Shown here piece after piece: positions 47,819-59,911 of a DNA stretch of 64,000 bases (within the stretch, counting starts at the first letter, position 1; each line of letters starts with the position of its first letter). Under the pieces are notes generated by a model. The model was not told where the DNA came from and searched no databases. It was given only the letters and a program-made list of their open reading frames with translations. The stretch spans positions 299,312 to 363,311 of the forward strand of contig NMRA01000212.1 in assembly GCA_002633005.1 (NCBI GenBank), in the 5' to 3' direction. The position numbers and the translations under genes were made by a program. This DNA comes from Phoronis australis (lineage: Eukaryota; Animalia; Phoronida).

Positions 47819-49829
47819 GTAAGACGAGTCACATACTTTGTACCAATATCATCTTATTTCTTTTTGTGTTGTGCTTTTTTCCCAAGTTTGGTTAGATTAG
47901 ATTTCTGTGTATACTCGCGTATTAGTCCATGGGTATTTTTTTGATTCGTAAAACCAATTATTCTAGTCCCTTGGAAGTTTCTTTTTAACTATGCTTATTA
48001 AGTGTTAATTTAAACATTTTGTTTGACTATGAGTAGAGGACTGTGACATAGAAATCAGTGAGGTGAAAAGTTCAACAAACTTCGAGAGCATGAATGGTAA
48101 CTGTTATTTTGGCTAGTTGGTTAGTGATCTTTTGAACTCTGACATAAGATTTTGTTAATTGTTTTCCTCATGCGATATTTTGAAAACCTCGTGGACATTT
48201 ATTGCACTATTGAAAAATTTTGAAAAGGTAAATTACTAGAGAGATTTCACCAAGGGACATAATAAGTTTTATGGCCAAAAAACATATTTTGGTCATTGTT
48301 GTTGGATGGGAAAGGTTTCTTGAAGTTATTAGCTTTGACCAGAGCTATAAAACAAATTATAATAAAATCTGTTGTTTTTGTGATTTTATTACAAAACTCC
48401 ATTTCTTGTTGTTGTCTGGCAGTCATTCACTGGGACTTTACCGGTAAAATGTGCTTACAATATTTAGCACTCTGAAGTGGGATTTAGCTATGCTAACAAA
48501 ACTTTGTTTGTGTGTTGACAGTGATGTTTGATGCCTTTATTATTGAAAGGGTGTGCTGAACTACTTGTGCTGGCTTTTAAAAACCTATCATCAAGCATTT
48601 AAAAATCACTTAGTGTCATGCTACCTGTTCATTGCCTCCTTTTCATTGCCAAATATTTGGGTCATCAATTATGGTGTGGCATACTGCAGTGTCTAGACTC
48701 AAGCCCGAATTTTTTATGACTGAACGGGTGTTCAGTAAACTGGAGGCTAATGTGTGTTACGTAATAGTTGACACCTGTTGAAAAATGAACGTAGTATGTA
48801 TCATAAATGAATTGTATAGATGTACTGGAATTTTTCTATTGTTTTGCACAGTCACAAACAATTGGTAACGTTGTCATTTGTTCTGTATTAGAAAGGCTGA
48901 TTGCCATCGCTAAATGAAATTTTCAACTGGTGTTGTTTGGTGACAGCTGTACACTGTTAACCTTGCTTAAAGCTCTTTTGTTGTTTAATTATAATTAGAT
49001 TTTAATCAAGTGAAACTCCTCTTATGTGTCTTGTGTGGGCTAAATAGGTGAAGTATCATTGTGGTATAAACATTTACTCATAAAATGATAGCCTGACTGT
49101 GTGCTTCTCTGGAACTTAGAGTGTTTGTAACACATTCTTCACACCTTACAGGTAAACTTTGTGCAGTAGTTTTGCACCTCATTATTCATGTTTCATTACA
49201 CGCCCAGCATCACAAAGGCATGTATGGTATAATCTCACTAACTTCGGACAAATTGCCAAAAAATCGGCTTTTTTTAATTTTCAAACTTTAAAAACAGAAA
49301 AAATAAAGACTTCTAACATTGTATGAATATCCACAAATTCTCACGTTTGTTATGGTTGATATGGTATAAAACTTTAAAATAATAAGCATTTATTTGTTGT
49401 TGCATATCTTTAAAGAAAAAATGAAATTTCACATTTACATTTTATTGTGCCTTAAATTGGTGAGATTTATGGTACGAATTTTATGCTATGCTCGGCTTAT
49501 CTAGAAAATTCAGGGTAATTGGTATATGCCGTTATGAATTCTATTATCAGTTAGCCACAGTTTTATAATGCCTCCCCCCCCCAATCAGCGGAATCCACTT
49601 ACTCAGTTGCTACTTAATTATGCACATATTGTCTATGTGAACGAATCCTCTTTTCTTTGTAAATGCAGAGCTTTTGAGTTTTTCTCCACCAGGCTTGTTA
49701 CCGATTTGGTGGGCAAGATTAACTCATGTTTGCGTAGTATGGACACACCCGTTCCTAAAATACTTGTTACTGGTTACCAACTAAATTGCCAGTATAGTTA
49801 TATTATTATTATTATTTGTTTTCCAGAAG

Positions 49830-49939
49830 GAGGGAAAAGAATGGTTCCCATGGACTCTAATTTTTTCACTGGATATCGCACAACTGTTATCAAATCTGCG
49901 GAGGTCATGGTCAGCCTGTTTATTCCTTTCACAAAAAAG
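49830..49939 (+). CDS. XDH: XDH exon 11 (alternative start 49827 via tandem acceptor CAGAAG)
   Basis: GGKRMVPMDSNFFTGYRTTVIKSAEVMVSLFIPFTKK. Confidence 0.88.
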
Positions 49940-50169
49940 GTTGGACTGCATTTCTTACAATTTTATAACTATTACTTTTGTATGTACTTGTTCAAGATGT
50001 TGTAACGCATCTAGTTTCTCATTTTTTGTTGCAGGTGCTTAAAACTGATACCTATTTTAAAAAGTTTGTCTGTGTTGAAGGTACAATATTATTCTGACTT
50101 CTCATGCAGCTGTCATGAATATCCATTGGCTTTTTTATGTTCCCACAGTTAGTTGTGTGTGTATTGCTG

Positions 50170-50665
50170 TCAGCTCCGTCTGGTCTTCTGGAATCCTCAG
50201 TGGAGTTCCTTGGCCATTTTTATGATTGTTTTTGCAAATAGGTTTCTATTGAGGTGAAAATGACACCATCCTAATCTATTTTGAACCTCCTAGTGGTCAT
50301 TTTGTTGTTTTTTTTGCAATTTGGTTTCTCTTTCCGTCTTCCTAAATGTCTATCAAGCTCTTTTATGGTTCTTCTTGAAATTTGGCATAAGGGATTCTGT
50401 TAAGGAAAAGCAAGACTCAAAGTTGTTGATTTTGGACTGACATGCCTGCCGTGGCACCCCCAAGTGGCAAATTGCCATTACCTTGCCTTAAAGTTAACCA
50501 AGTTCTTTGAGGAATCTTCATGAAATTTTATGTATGTGCTCCTGATGAGAGAGCACAACTGATGTTGGTTTTCAGATGAATTCAACAATCCTGGAAATAC
50601 ATAAACACCCCTTATGTCTTTAGCATTTGCGATGCACATGGTGGGTGCGTATTAACATCCTATGT
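50170..50665 (+). mobile_element. Degenerate copy of the DINE-like family
   Basis: cctcctagtggtca, gaaatttggcata, gcacccccaagtggcaa and the 3' ...ggtgggtgcgtattaaca resemble 36197-37460. Confidence 0.5.
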
Positions 50666-51010
50666 AGTTTTTACTACATTCTGAAGCTCACATTTTGTGT
50701 CTCATGAAAATGGTGAAATGTTTTTCCCTGGAATAGCTGCTAATTGTCTTCCGCCGTGGTTTATCAAGCATTCACTTTAAACGTATGGAAGTCAGTTTAG
50801 ATAAAATGGATACTTCCTATTCACACAATGGCAAGTGTTGAACCTTACGATTTGTTATTTGTGACGGTCACAAAAAACCCGAGTCATGAAATTAGACATT
50901 AGTCAACACTTTTTGTTTACTATGATTATACTGCGGTCGAAATGAAGCTCAGAGGTGGTATTTTTGACTTAATAAACTGCTTCGTTCATAATATAAGTAT
51001 TGCGTTCCAG

Positions 51011-51195
51011 TATGAGTTCTTCCACGGTTACAAACAGTCTCAACGCCGTGAGGACGACATAGCCATTGTGAACTCTGGTATGAGAGTGTTGTTTGAAGAT
51101 GGGACAAGTGTTGTGAGGGAGGCAGCTTTTGCATTTGGTGGTATGGACAAGTGCACTGTCATGGCAACGAAAACAGCAGAGAATATTGTGGGACA
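51011..51195 (+). CDS. XDH: XDH exon 12
   Basis: YEFFHGYKQSQRREDDIAIVNSGMRV...FGGM. Confidence 0.95.
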
Positions 51196-51218
51196 GTAAG
51201 TCCGGTGTAGTATGTCCT

Positions 51219-51468
51219 GGGTTTTGTTTCGAAAAGTGATTTAGTCAGGAAATTGGTCTTACACTCCACACAACTATTTCTGAACATTAATTAAATATCA
51301 TTTGAGCAAAAGTGTACACTCTCTGACAATATACGTATAACTACTAGATACTGAGATAATTTTTATAAATTATTTTTAGACTGACAAAAAATTTAGTAAT
51401 TGTTAAGTGGAAGCATTAGGCCAAATTTCTGTCGTTAGTCTTGAGCCACTCTTCATGATACAGACCCC
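51219..51468. mobile_element. MITE, same family as 2421-2713
   Basis: Shared aaattggtcttac(a/g)ctcc and ccaaatttctg...catga..cagaccc ends. Confidence 0.6.
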
Positions 51469-51499
51469 AAGTATTTCAAGCTAAAATCCGATCAATATA

Positions 51500-51730
51500 C
51501 AGGGCTTGGAATTTTCCTCTTTTTTGCTTTTGATTTCTGCTTATTAATTTTCTGTTTCTTCTTTTTGCCTCTTGTTTTTATCATTTTACGACTTTATTTA
51601 TGCAAAACCGTTTATTTCAGTTAAACTTTACAACTGCAGAAATAATTCTTTCACACAAGCCTATTTATTTGAGGAATGATACTACACCTAGAATTTTTTT
51701 TCTTTTTGCCATTGGTCATTCCAAGCCTTG
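51500..51730. mobile_element. MITE with CAGGGCTTGGAAT termini (short relatives at ~55808-55905 and ~57047-57145)
   Basis: cagggcttggaat...attccaagccttg; aatata on both flanks. Confidence 0.6.
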
Positions 51731-52084
51731 AATATAAAAAAGTCATACAAAAGGTCTTTATTATACTTTGTGACTGTTAGATAAACAACTCCACGTGTTT
51801 TAATATATGGTTGTGTTATTGGCTGAACTTGCTATGCTGAGTAAATATTTTCACTGAGTATCGTTGAATCCAAAGGTTTTCATTTTATGACGTAAAATTA
51901 AACATCACTCAGCTGAATATGAAGTACACTGGTTTCATGTTCAAGGTTTAACACCCAGTGGGTGCTTAGTAGCTTGGTTTCTTATGTGAAAGGAAACCTT
52001 AAGTGCTTTATTTAGTGAATTTGTCTCAACAAATGTATGCAAAGTTTGCTGTATTCATCCTAAAATCTTTTGTTTTCTCACCAG

Positions 52085-52250
52085 GAAGTGGACTGACTCA
52101 TTAGTGGGACAAGTTTGCACTTGGCTGGCCGAAGACTTGCCCTTACCACCAGGGGCTCCTGGTGGCATGTCAGAGTACCGACGCACATTGGCTGCTAGCT
52201 TGTTCTTCAAGTTCTTCCTTTCAGTACAGCTTCAGATATCTCGATATTTG
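52085..52250 (+). CDS. XDH: XDH exon 13
   Basis: KWTDSLVGQVCTWLAEDLPLPPGAPGGMSEYRRTLAASLFFKFFL. Confidence 0.94.
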
Positions 52251-52926
52251 GTGCGTATAGCTAGCTGTGTGTTTTATCCATGTTTTAAATAAAGTGTGAA
52301 AGCTAGATCTGTAAGTAGTTTTTGAATGATAGTTACATAACGTAGATGTGAGATATTTGCTAGCAACAAATTAAGGAAGAACCTGATGGTTGACATTGTT
52401 TTGTGATTCAAGGGTGACCACATGGCTATACAAGGCATTGGACAAATTGTCTGTCATTGATCACCAGTTCTTAATATTTGGTTAAGTTGCCCATTGAATG
52501 AAGGCAAAAGAGATTAATGCGCTTTTATCATTCAATATATCAGGCCGGTCAAGTTGAAGTAATTCATTATCGAGCTAATCTTGAATTTTGAGCTGTGGTG
52601 ATATTGAAATCGGGATAATAACTTTTCAGATCAAATTTGGTCAGAGGAAATGATGTACCTAAGGTTGCTTCAGAACTGAAAAATGTGCGACCTTCAAGTA
52701 AACTGTGTGGAGACCTACGTCAACAGAATGACACTGTCGTGGTATTAGATAGTTGATTTTCTTGGTTTAAGATCTGGAAGGCTTCAACATTTTTTGTGCA
52801 TATGGTTGAGTGAGGTTTCCGTGAACTTTGTGGTTTTCAAAATAAAATTGCCCAATTGATGCAACATGGCTTTCAGAGTTTAGGTCTACCTGTTCTACAT
52901 CTTTTTCTTCTGTTTCTTGTTTTTAG

Positions 52927-53131
52927 GAAGATGATATCCGAGTGTTGTCGTCTTTCAAGAGCGCAACCTCAGCATTTGTTAGAGGTACCCCAAAAAGTTC
53001 ACAGATGTTTGAAGAGACACCTGTTGATTCAAATGCGAGAGACTCAGTGGGAAAACCACTACCTCATGCCTCTGCTGAACGTCAAGTGACTGGGGAGGCA
53101 ATTTACTGTGATGATATCCCAAAGATGCAAG
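52927..53131 (+). CDS. XDH: XDH exon 14
   Basis: EDDIRVLSSFKSAT...DSVGKPLPHASAERQVTGEAIYCDDIP. Confidence 0.93.
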
Positions 53132-54603
53132 GTAAGGTCCACTGCCTGATTCCAAATGTTTTGCCAATCTGCTGAATCCTCTGCTGGCCTGACTATTGAA
53201 GATTTTGTTGGACTATCTTTCACCATGTCATTGGTCTGCTGCAGTTCTTCCTCGTGATGTCCAGGTCTGATGTAATTCTTTCTAATTGTTCCCCATTACA
53301 TGTTAGTGCCAAGAAGGAAACATAGTATTCAGGATCAAACCGTTGTACATCGCACAATTTTTCATGAAAAAAATACGTTTTGAACTGACGTGTAGTTGGG
53401 GCAACTCAAGGCACCAACTGCTTTCGGTGATCTGTGCCTCATTTTCAAGGACACTGCGGGAAAGTTTTCACTTTGGGAAAATGTTGTGTGCTCGATATCT
53501 GAGGGAAGAAGCTTTACACTTTGTGATTTTACTGAGGTATGGTTGGGACATCTTCAGGTGCCAGTCAAATTTGGCGACCTTGATTTTGTTGTCAAGGTCA
53601 TAGCAAGAAATTTAGAAGTTTTACTTGGAAAACGTTGTTAGTACAATTATCTCAAGAATGAATCTTTACACTCAGTCACTTTCTTTGTATTATTTACCTT
53701 GTTGTAGGTGGGCTGTCTTCAGATACCAGTCAAATTTGGTGACCTTAGCCTATTTTCAATACCATATCGAGAAATTTAAGAGTAATCTAATTGAAAAATG
53801 TTGATGCAATGTTGCAAGAAGAAATTTCTTTACATTTTCACCAAATTGTAGATAAGGCATCTCCAGGCAGCAATCTAGTTTGGCTGCATTGACCTCATAG
53901 CGAGTAGTGTTAATGATGTCATTCTTTCATTGTCGTAAATACTCTCACTGTTTGGAGTCATCTCTTTATTTATTTCATATCTCTTAGTTAAATTTTCACC
54001 ATTATTAGTCATTTAGTTTTTTTCTTAATTTTCAACCTGTTTTATTATATCTTTGTTACGTATATTTCATTGTTGTTTTATTACTTCATTGTATTATATT
54101 ACTGTTTTTGTTGTTGAGGGCCCTCTTTGAAAGCAGTGCTGTCACTGAAGAGGTCACCCTCATTTTAAATATCACAATAAGTAAAATAAATAAATAGAAG
54201 TGTTGATGCTTCTTAGCATGATCCACTGTATGTAAGCTCATTTTTAAAGCAAAATTTTTGTTTAGTTTTATGTGTAAAAATTGAAATTTATATTGAAATT
54301 CATTAACAAACATAGCTATTGGTTTTCATTATTATCAGAATTTGTACTGTTCAATTGCCTTTAAATAAAATGGTTTGTTTTAGCAATTCAGTGAGCTTTG
54401 AATGAAAAATTTCTACCCTGGCTTGTCGTTTTTGTTGAAATATTGTTCAAAGAAACTTTACCAGATACAAGTTTTCTGAATGTTGTTACAGCTAATCTCA
54501 TGGTTCACCATTTACTTAAAGTGTCTGTTATCCTTACAAGAAGCATTTTTTGAACATGACATTTGATACACACATTTGGTTTATTAGCAACTGCTGATTT
54601 CAG

Positions 54604-54782
54604 GAGAGTTATACCTGGCACTGGTGTTGAGCACCCGTCCACTGGCTCGAATTGTTCATATTGATAATCAAGAGGCTTTGGCGATGCCGGGAGTACACTC
54701 TTTTGTGTCTCATCAAGATGTTCCTGGTTCAAACAAGTTTGGACCTGTACTAAAAGACGAGGACATTTTTGCCAAAGATGTG
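54604..54782 (+). CDS. XDH: XDH exon 15
   Basis: GELYLALVLSTRPLARI...DVPGSN...DEDIFAKDV. Confidence 0.93.
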
Positions 54783-55460
54783 GTTCGTATGAAATTGCGT
54801 AGTACTTGTTTGCTATGCTTCACTTAATGATAAAGTGGTTTTTATAGTTAAGTGGTGATTGTTCTCTTTTTTCTGTCTTATACACTGTGTACTAAAGTAA
54901 ATGCATTGTTGGCTTGCAGTTCCGTGCAATTAGACTAAGTACTTATTAAAAATTCAAAATATATTGATTAAGAAATAACCATACTGGTGAATTAACGGGA
55001 ATATCCTCTTTAGACGTTATGAAGTCTGGCTATTACAGGAAACTAACGCAATAAGCAGAAACACTTTACACTGTATGCATTGTTACCTGGGAAACTCGTG
55101 AAGTGGTTATGAGCTGTGCTTGACAAGATCAATTAGGCTCTACCTAGTGAAATGCATCTTGATTGATTTTCTTGTGGCGGCTTGTGTGGTCTGCTGAAAA
55201 CTGGGTGTATTAGGAAAGTATCACATTACACTCGTGAGACTTGCTATGACTAATCATGGCTCATAGAACGAAATCATGAGTTCATTCCCATAAGTCAAAG
55301 TTCCAGCCTTGCTCTTCATTGACAGTCATTTTGCTAATATACGCTAATAAGATCTCGAGCTTTCTCGTGAAACAATCGCTTTTCTCTCATGTGATTGTAC
55401 AAACACTCAAGGAACTCGATCAATGGAATGCATCTTAGGAATCGTATGCTGGCCCAAGAC

Positions 55461-55579
55461 CACGTACCGTAGAGATGTGCACGTACCGTAGAGATGTGCA
55501 CGTACCGTAGAGATGTGCACGTACCGTAGAGATGTGCACGTACCGTAGAGATGTGCACGTACCGTAGAGATGTGCACGT
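55461..55579. repeat. 19-bp tandem repeat, 6 units
   Basis: (cacgtaccgtagagatgtg) repeated 6 times. Confidence 0.97.
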
Positions 55580-56066
55580 CCTGTTACTTCCTTTCAGTTA
55601 TCTTGTACTGCTATGATTTATTTAAAGAAGAACTTCCAAATTAATTAGTGTCTCATTAATAAAGCAACATTTAGCATGTTAGGAATTATCCATAATGTAT
55701 TTACCATATTTTTCAAAAGCTTAGAAAGTCTAGTCAGTACTCATTTTCGCTGGTAATGTCACCCTTGCAAAAAGTTTGACTTCCAAAAATCTTGATTTTC
55801 TCTTTGTCAAGGCTTGGAATTTTCTTGTTTCAAGAGTATTTCCTATTTTTTGGTTATGATTTCCTCTTATTTGATTTGTTTTTGTCAGTGGTCATTCCTA
55901 GCCCTGCTCTGTTCTACATAATTAAATTTTTATTTGTATGTGGTAGATGTTTACAACGTCCTCCCCGCATTAATTTTGCGCTCAACTGAAAATGCTTTAG
56001 ACGATCGCTAAGTAACCATTTTAAAACTTAAAGTAAACTTGGAAGTTGTCAATCCGTTTTCTGCAG

Positions 56067-56195
56067 GTGACATTCCAAGGTCAAGTAGTTGGTGCCATAA
56101 TTGCTGATACTCAAACTCACGCACAGAGGGCAGCACAAGCTGTCAAAGTACAGTATGAAGATCTCAGGGACAGAAAACCAATAATTACCATCGAG
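56067..56195 (+). CDS. XDH: XDH exon 16, copy A
   Basis: [43 protein letters not shown]. Confidence 0.75.
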
Positions 56196-56226
56196 GTATA
56201 ACTGCGGCCACATTATTTGCATTTTT

Positions 56227-56654
56227 ATGCGCCCACATATTTATATGTGGACGCATTATGCCGTCATCTCTGTCCGTCCGTCCGTCCGTCCGGTGTCCGG
56301 CGTCCGCGGCTCTATCTCCAAAACCCTTTGACATACGTTCATGAAATTTGGCACGTATGTTCCATTCATGAATGGGACGACATGTGCAAACTTTCGGACG
56401 GATCCGACTACCGGTGTGCCCCCTAGTGGCAATTTTAGTTTTTTACGCTTACCTTTGTATCTTCAAAAGTCCTGAACGGATTTTCATGAAATTTGGTATG
56501 TAGGCACCTAGTAGTGAGATGACGCTATCCTGCCGTTTTCGGATGGATTCGACATAGTTTGCGCCACCTAGTGGCCATTTTTACTGTTTTCGAGTCTGCT
56601 TTTGTGCTTCCACCCCTCTATCAACCAAACCGCTCAAAGGATGATTGTGAAAAT
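56227..56654 (+). mobile_element. Younger DINE-like element copy, truncated at a contig break
   Basis: Closely similar to the 5' part of 36197-37460; absent from the duplicated copy at 57460. Confidence 0.85.
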
Positions 56655-57300
56655 NTTAAATCCGTTGTTGTTTTCGTGAACATACGCTAATAAGATCTCG
56701 AGCTTTCTCACGAAACAATCACTTTTCTCTCATGTGATTGTACAAACACTCAAGGAACTCGATCAATGGAATGCATCTTAGGAATTGTATACTAGCCCAA
56801 GACAAGAGATGTGCATGTCCTGTTACTTCCTTACATTTATCTTGTACTGCTATGATTTAATTAAAGAAGAACTTCCAAATTAATTAGTGTCTCATTAATA
56901 AAGCAACATTTAGCATGTTAGGGATTATCCATAATGTATTTACCATATTTTTCAAAAGCCTACAAAGTGTAGTCAGCACTCATTTTCGCTGGTAATGTTG
57001 CCCTTGCAAAAAGTTTGACTTCCAAAAATCTTGATTTTCTCTTTGTCAGGGCTTGGAGTTTTCCTCTTTTAAGTGTATTTCCTATTTTTTGGTTATGATT
57101 TTCTCTTATTTGATTTGTTTTTATCAGTGGTCATTCCTAGACTTGCTCTGTTCTACATAATTAAATTTTTATTTGTATGTGGTAGTCGTTTACAACGTCC
57201 TCCCCGCATTAATTTTGTGCTCAATTGAAAATGCTTTACACGATCGCTAAGTAACCATTTGAAAAAGTAAACTTGGAAGTTGTCAATCCGTTTTCTGCAG

Positions 57301-57429
57301 GTGACATTCCAAGGTCAAGTAGTTGGTGCCATAATTGCTGATACTCAAACTCACGCACAGAGGGCAGCACAAGCTGTCAAAGTACAGTATGAAGATCTCA
57401 GGGACAGAAAACCAATAATTACCATTGAG
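57301..57429 (+). CDS. XDH: XDH exon 16, copy B
   Basis: Same peptide as copy A; one synonymous change (ATC/ATT). Confidence 0.75.
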
Positions 57430-57957
57430 GTATAACTGCAGCCACATTATTTGCATTTTTGTTAAGAACCAGGGCCCTTCATGCCTAGATATTGGGGCTG
57501 AATATCAGCCCCATTGCCCTCTGAAAAAGGTTTAAAGTCAATCCGGGTCTGTGTTTTGTAGATGTAACCAGTTTAGGAAAACGCAGGACTGCGAAATAGT
57601 ACCTTGCATTACCAGCAAAGCATGTTAGAGAAGACATTATTTGCTTTGGTCATGTAATTCTTGTGTTTACGTAATGTAGTGCAGGGCTGGGCGTCATTGA
57701 AAATGTGAATTATATCAGATTGTCTTTTTCAATCTGTAAACTGCCTTAATGAGGTGCATTTGTCACATTTGTTCATGAATTATAAAATGTGGTAACTGTA
57801 CGAGATTAAGGTGATCAATGTATTTAAAATGCTACATTTCAAATTACTTGGGCCATTGTGAATATAAGTGAATAAGGAGTTGGTAACTAATACCTCTGAA
57901 AGTAACAAAGGGTTGTTTGGTTGTCATATGATTTTTTTATTTTTAATCTGTATTTAG

Positions 57958-58176
57958 CAAGCTATTGAAGCCAAGTCTTTCTACGAGCCGTTGCGAACTA
58001 TACACTCAGGGAATGTTACAAATGCCTTTCAACATGTCAAGCATACTATAGAGGGCGAAGTAAGACTTCAGGGCCAAGAGCACTTTTACCTGGAGACCAA
58101 TGCCTGTATTGTGGTCCCCAAAGAGGAGCATGAGATGGAGGTGTTCTGTTCAACTCAACACCCATCCGAGTCCCAG
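57958..58176 (+). CDS. XDH: XDH exon 17
   Basis: QAIEAKSFYEP...GEVRLQGQEHFYLETNACIVVPKEEHEMEVFCSTQHPSESQ. Confidence 0.95.
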
Positions 58177-58700
58177 GTGAGTTACTGTTGAATATTCAAT
58201 GGAATGGGCTCCATTAAATGGGGATGAGAAATCATCAAGAGTTGCTAAGTTACTGCAGGCTTGAGAACTTTGTAATAAGATAACAATATAGACTGGTCTT
58301 ATTAACACAAAAATCCTGATGTTTTTGGACGTCATGTACGGCAAAATTTCACCTATTCCGAGCAGGATATGGTGGACAAGTGAAATTTTATTTCTTCATT
58401 TTTCACAAAAAAAAATAATTAGTACCAGGTTATTATTTCATCATTTTCAGTTTCAATATGGCAGCTGCCATCAGACAGTGTTTTGAGAACGGGAATGCTG
58501 ATGGTGGGCTGCACTCTGTTCGTGATTACTGTTAAGGTGTAGCATTAGCCCTGGAAATGACATGCTGACGGATTGTTTTGGTCGTGTCCGTAGAGGTCCC
58601 CCTTAAACCTGCTTAGGGTCAGTAAGCTTCTGCTACACACCGATGATGTTGTAAACATTCTGTCTAACGCCTTGCACTTATATTTTACCGTATTCTGCAG

Positions 58701-58834
58701 GAGGCAATTGCTGAGGCTCTTGGTGTTCCTGCCAATAGGATAGTGGTGAAGGTGAAGCGAATTGGTGGTGGTTTTGGAGGCAAGGAGACTCGCTTCCTGC
58801 CTCTCCTTCTCGTTGCAGCTGTTGCGGCCAATAA
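58701..58834 (+). CDS. XDH: XDH exon 18
   Basis: EAIAEALGVPANRIVVKVKRIGGGFGGKETR. Confidence 0.96.
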
Positions 58835-59490
58835 GTGAGTGTTTCTTTTCTTTCCTGTGTATACGTTGATTCATAATAACTCAAAAAGATGTGTGATCTA
58901 TCAATTTATTCGTGTTATCGAGTGGAGCATGCGTGCATATTTCTTGATCGGGAGATTCTCTTCCACCTATTGGGTAGGAGGCGCCACTGAACATTCATCA
59001 TGCATACATTACACAAGGCCACACGTGGCAAATAATCGAGTTTGTGACGTGTTCTGGAATGTTGCAGATTACAGTGAAATCTCACTGATTCAGGACACAA
59101 TATGGGGGACGAGTGAAACTTTATTTTCTTATTTTTTCATAAAATATATGCGGCATCAATAATGTTTTACCGTGTTCAAGTTCCACTCCATAGACATCAT
59201 CACAAAATGTTTTAAAAAATTCTGGGCATTCACGACTGTCACAGTGTTAGAAAACCTTGGAAAACAAAAAAGATAATTTTGGTAATTATTTTTGTTTCAT
59301 GTCGCTGAGATTTTACCGTGATGCAATAGCTTCGGGATTTTGAAATTCCTCGAATCTGTTCAGTGGGAGATCCTTCCTGGTTAAGTTGCCTATAGTTCTT
59401 GCTGTAGATGTAGTTGTAGGCAGGATGTGTGCGTATCTTGCCTTTTCTCTTTACCATCCGTTAGCAGAATGTGTTTGGTGTTGTTGTCAG

Positions 59491-59578
59491 GTCACAACGT
59501 CCTGTGCGGTGCATGTTAGATCGGGATGAAGATATGGCTATCACTGGCGGAAGGCATCCATTTTACGCTGCATACAAG
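59491..59578 (+). CDS. XDH: XDH exon 19
   Basis: [29 protein letters not shown]. Confidence 0.96.
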
Positions 59579-59911
59579 GTCAGTTCACCCTTCCTCTTAG
59601 CTTGCCGGATGTGTTTAATACGTGAAAGTTACTGGAACTTAACATGTGTGAGAAAGCTACCCGTTATTGGTTGTTAGTAAATCAACAAAATAATGGTGTA
59701 GTCCACAGACATAAAAATTTTCCCAGTCTTTTTGAGTTATGATTTCACCTGGTTTAGCGCTAATTTTTACAAGTCATTTTTGAGAGTCAATGCTTTGTTA
59801 TCAATATGTATCTTGAACGGTAAAGCAACTATAAAGCTGCATTCTGTCAAAGAAGCAATTTTTTGATTAAGACTACTAAATGCTATAAAACTGATTTCTA
59901 CTTGTTCTTAA

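Noticed and set aside
55461-55579. CRISPR-like appearance of the short repeats (also 3725-4110)
   Set aside because: Units are contiguous with no unique spacers, the context is eukaryotic and there are no cas genes.
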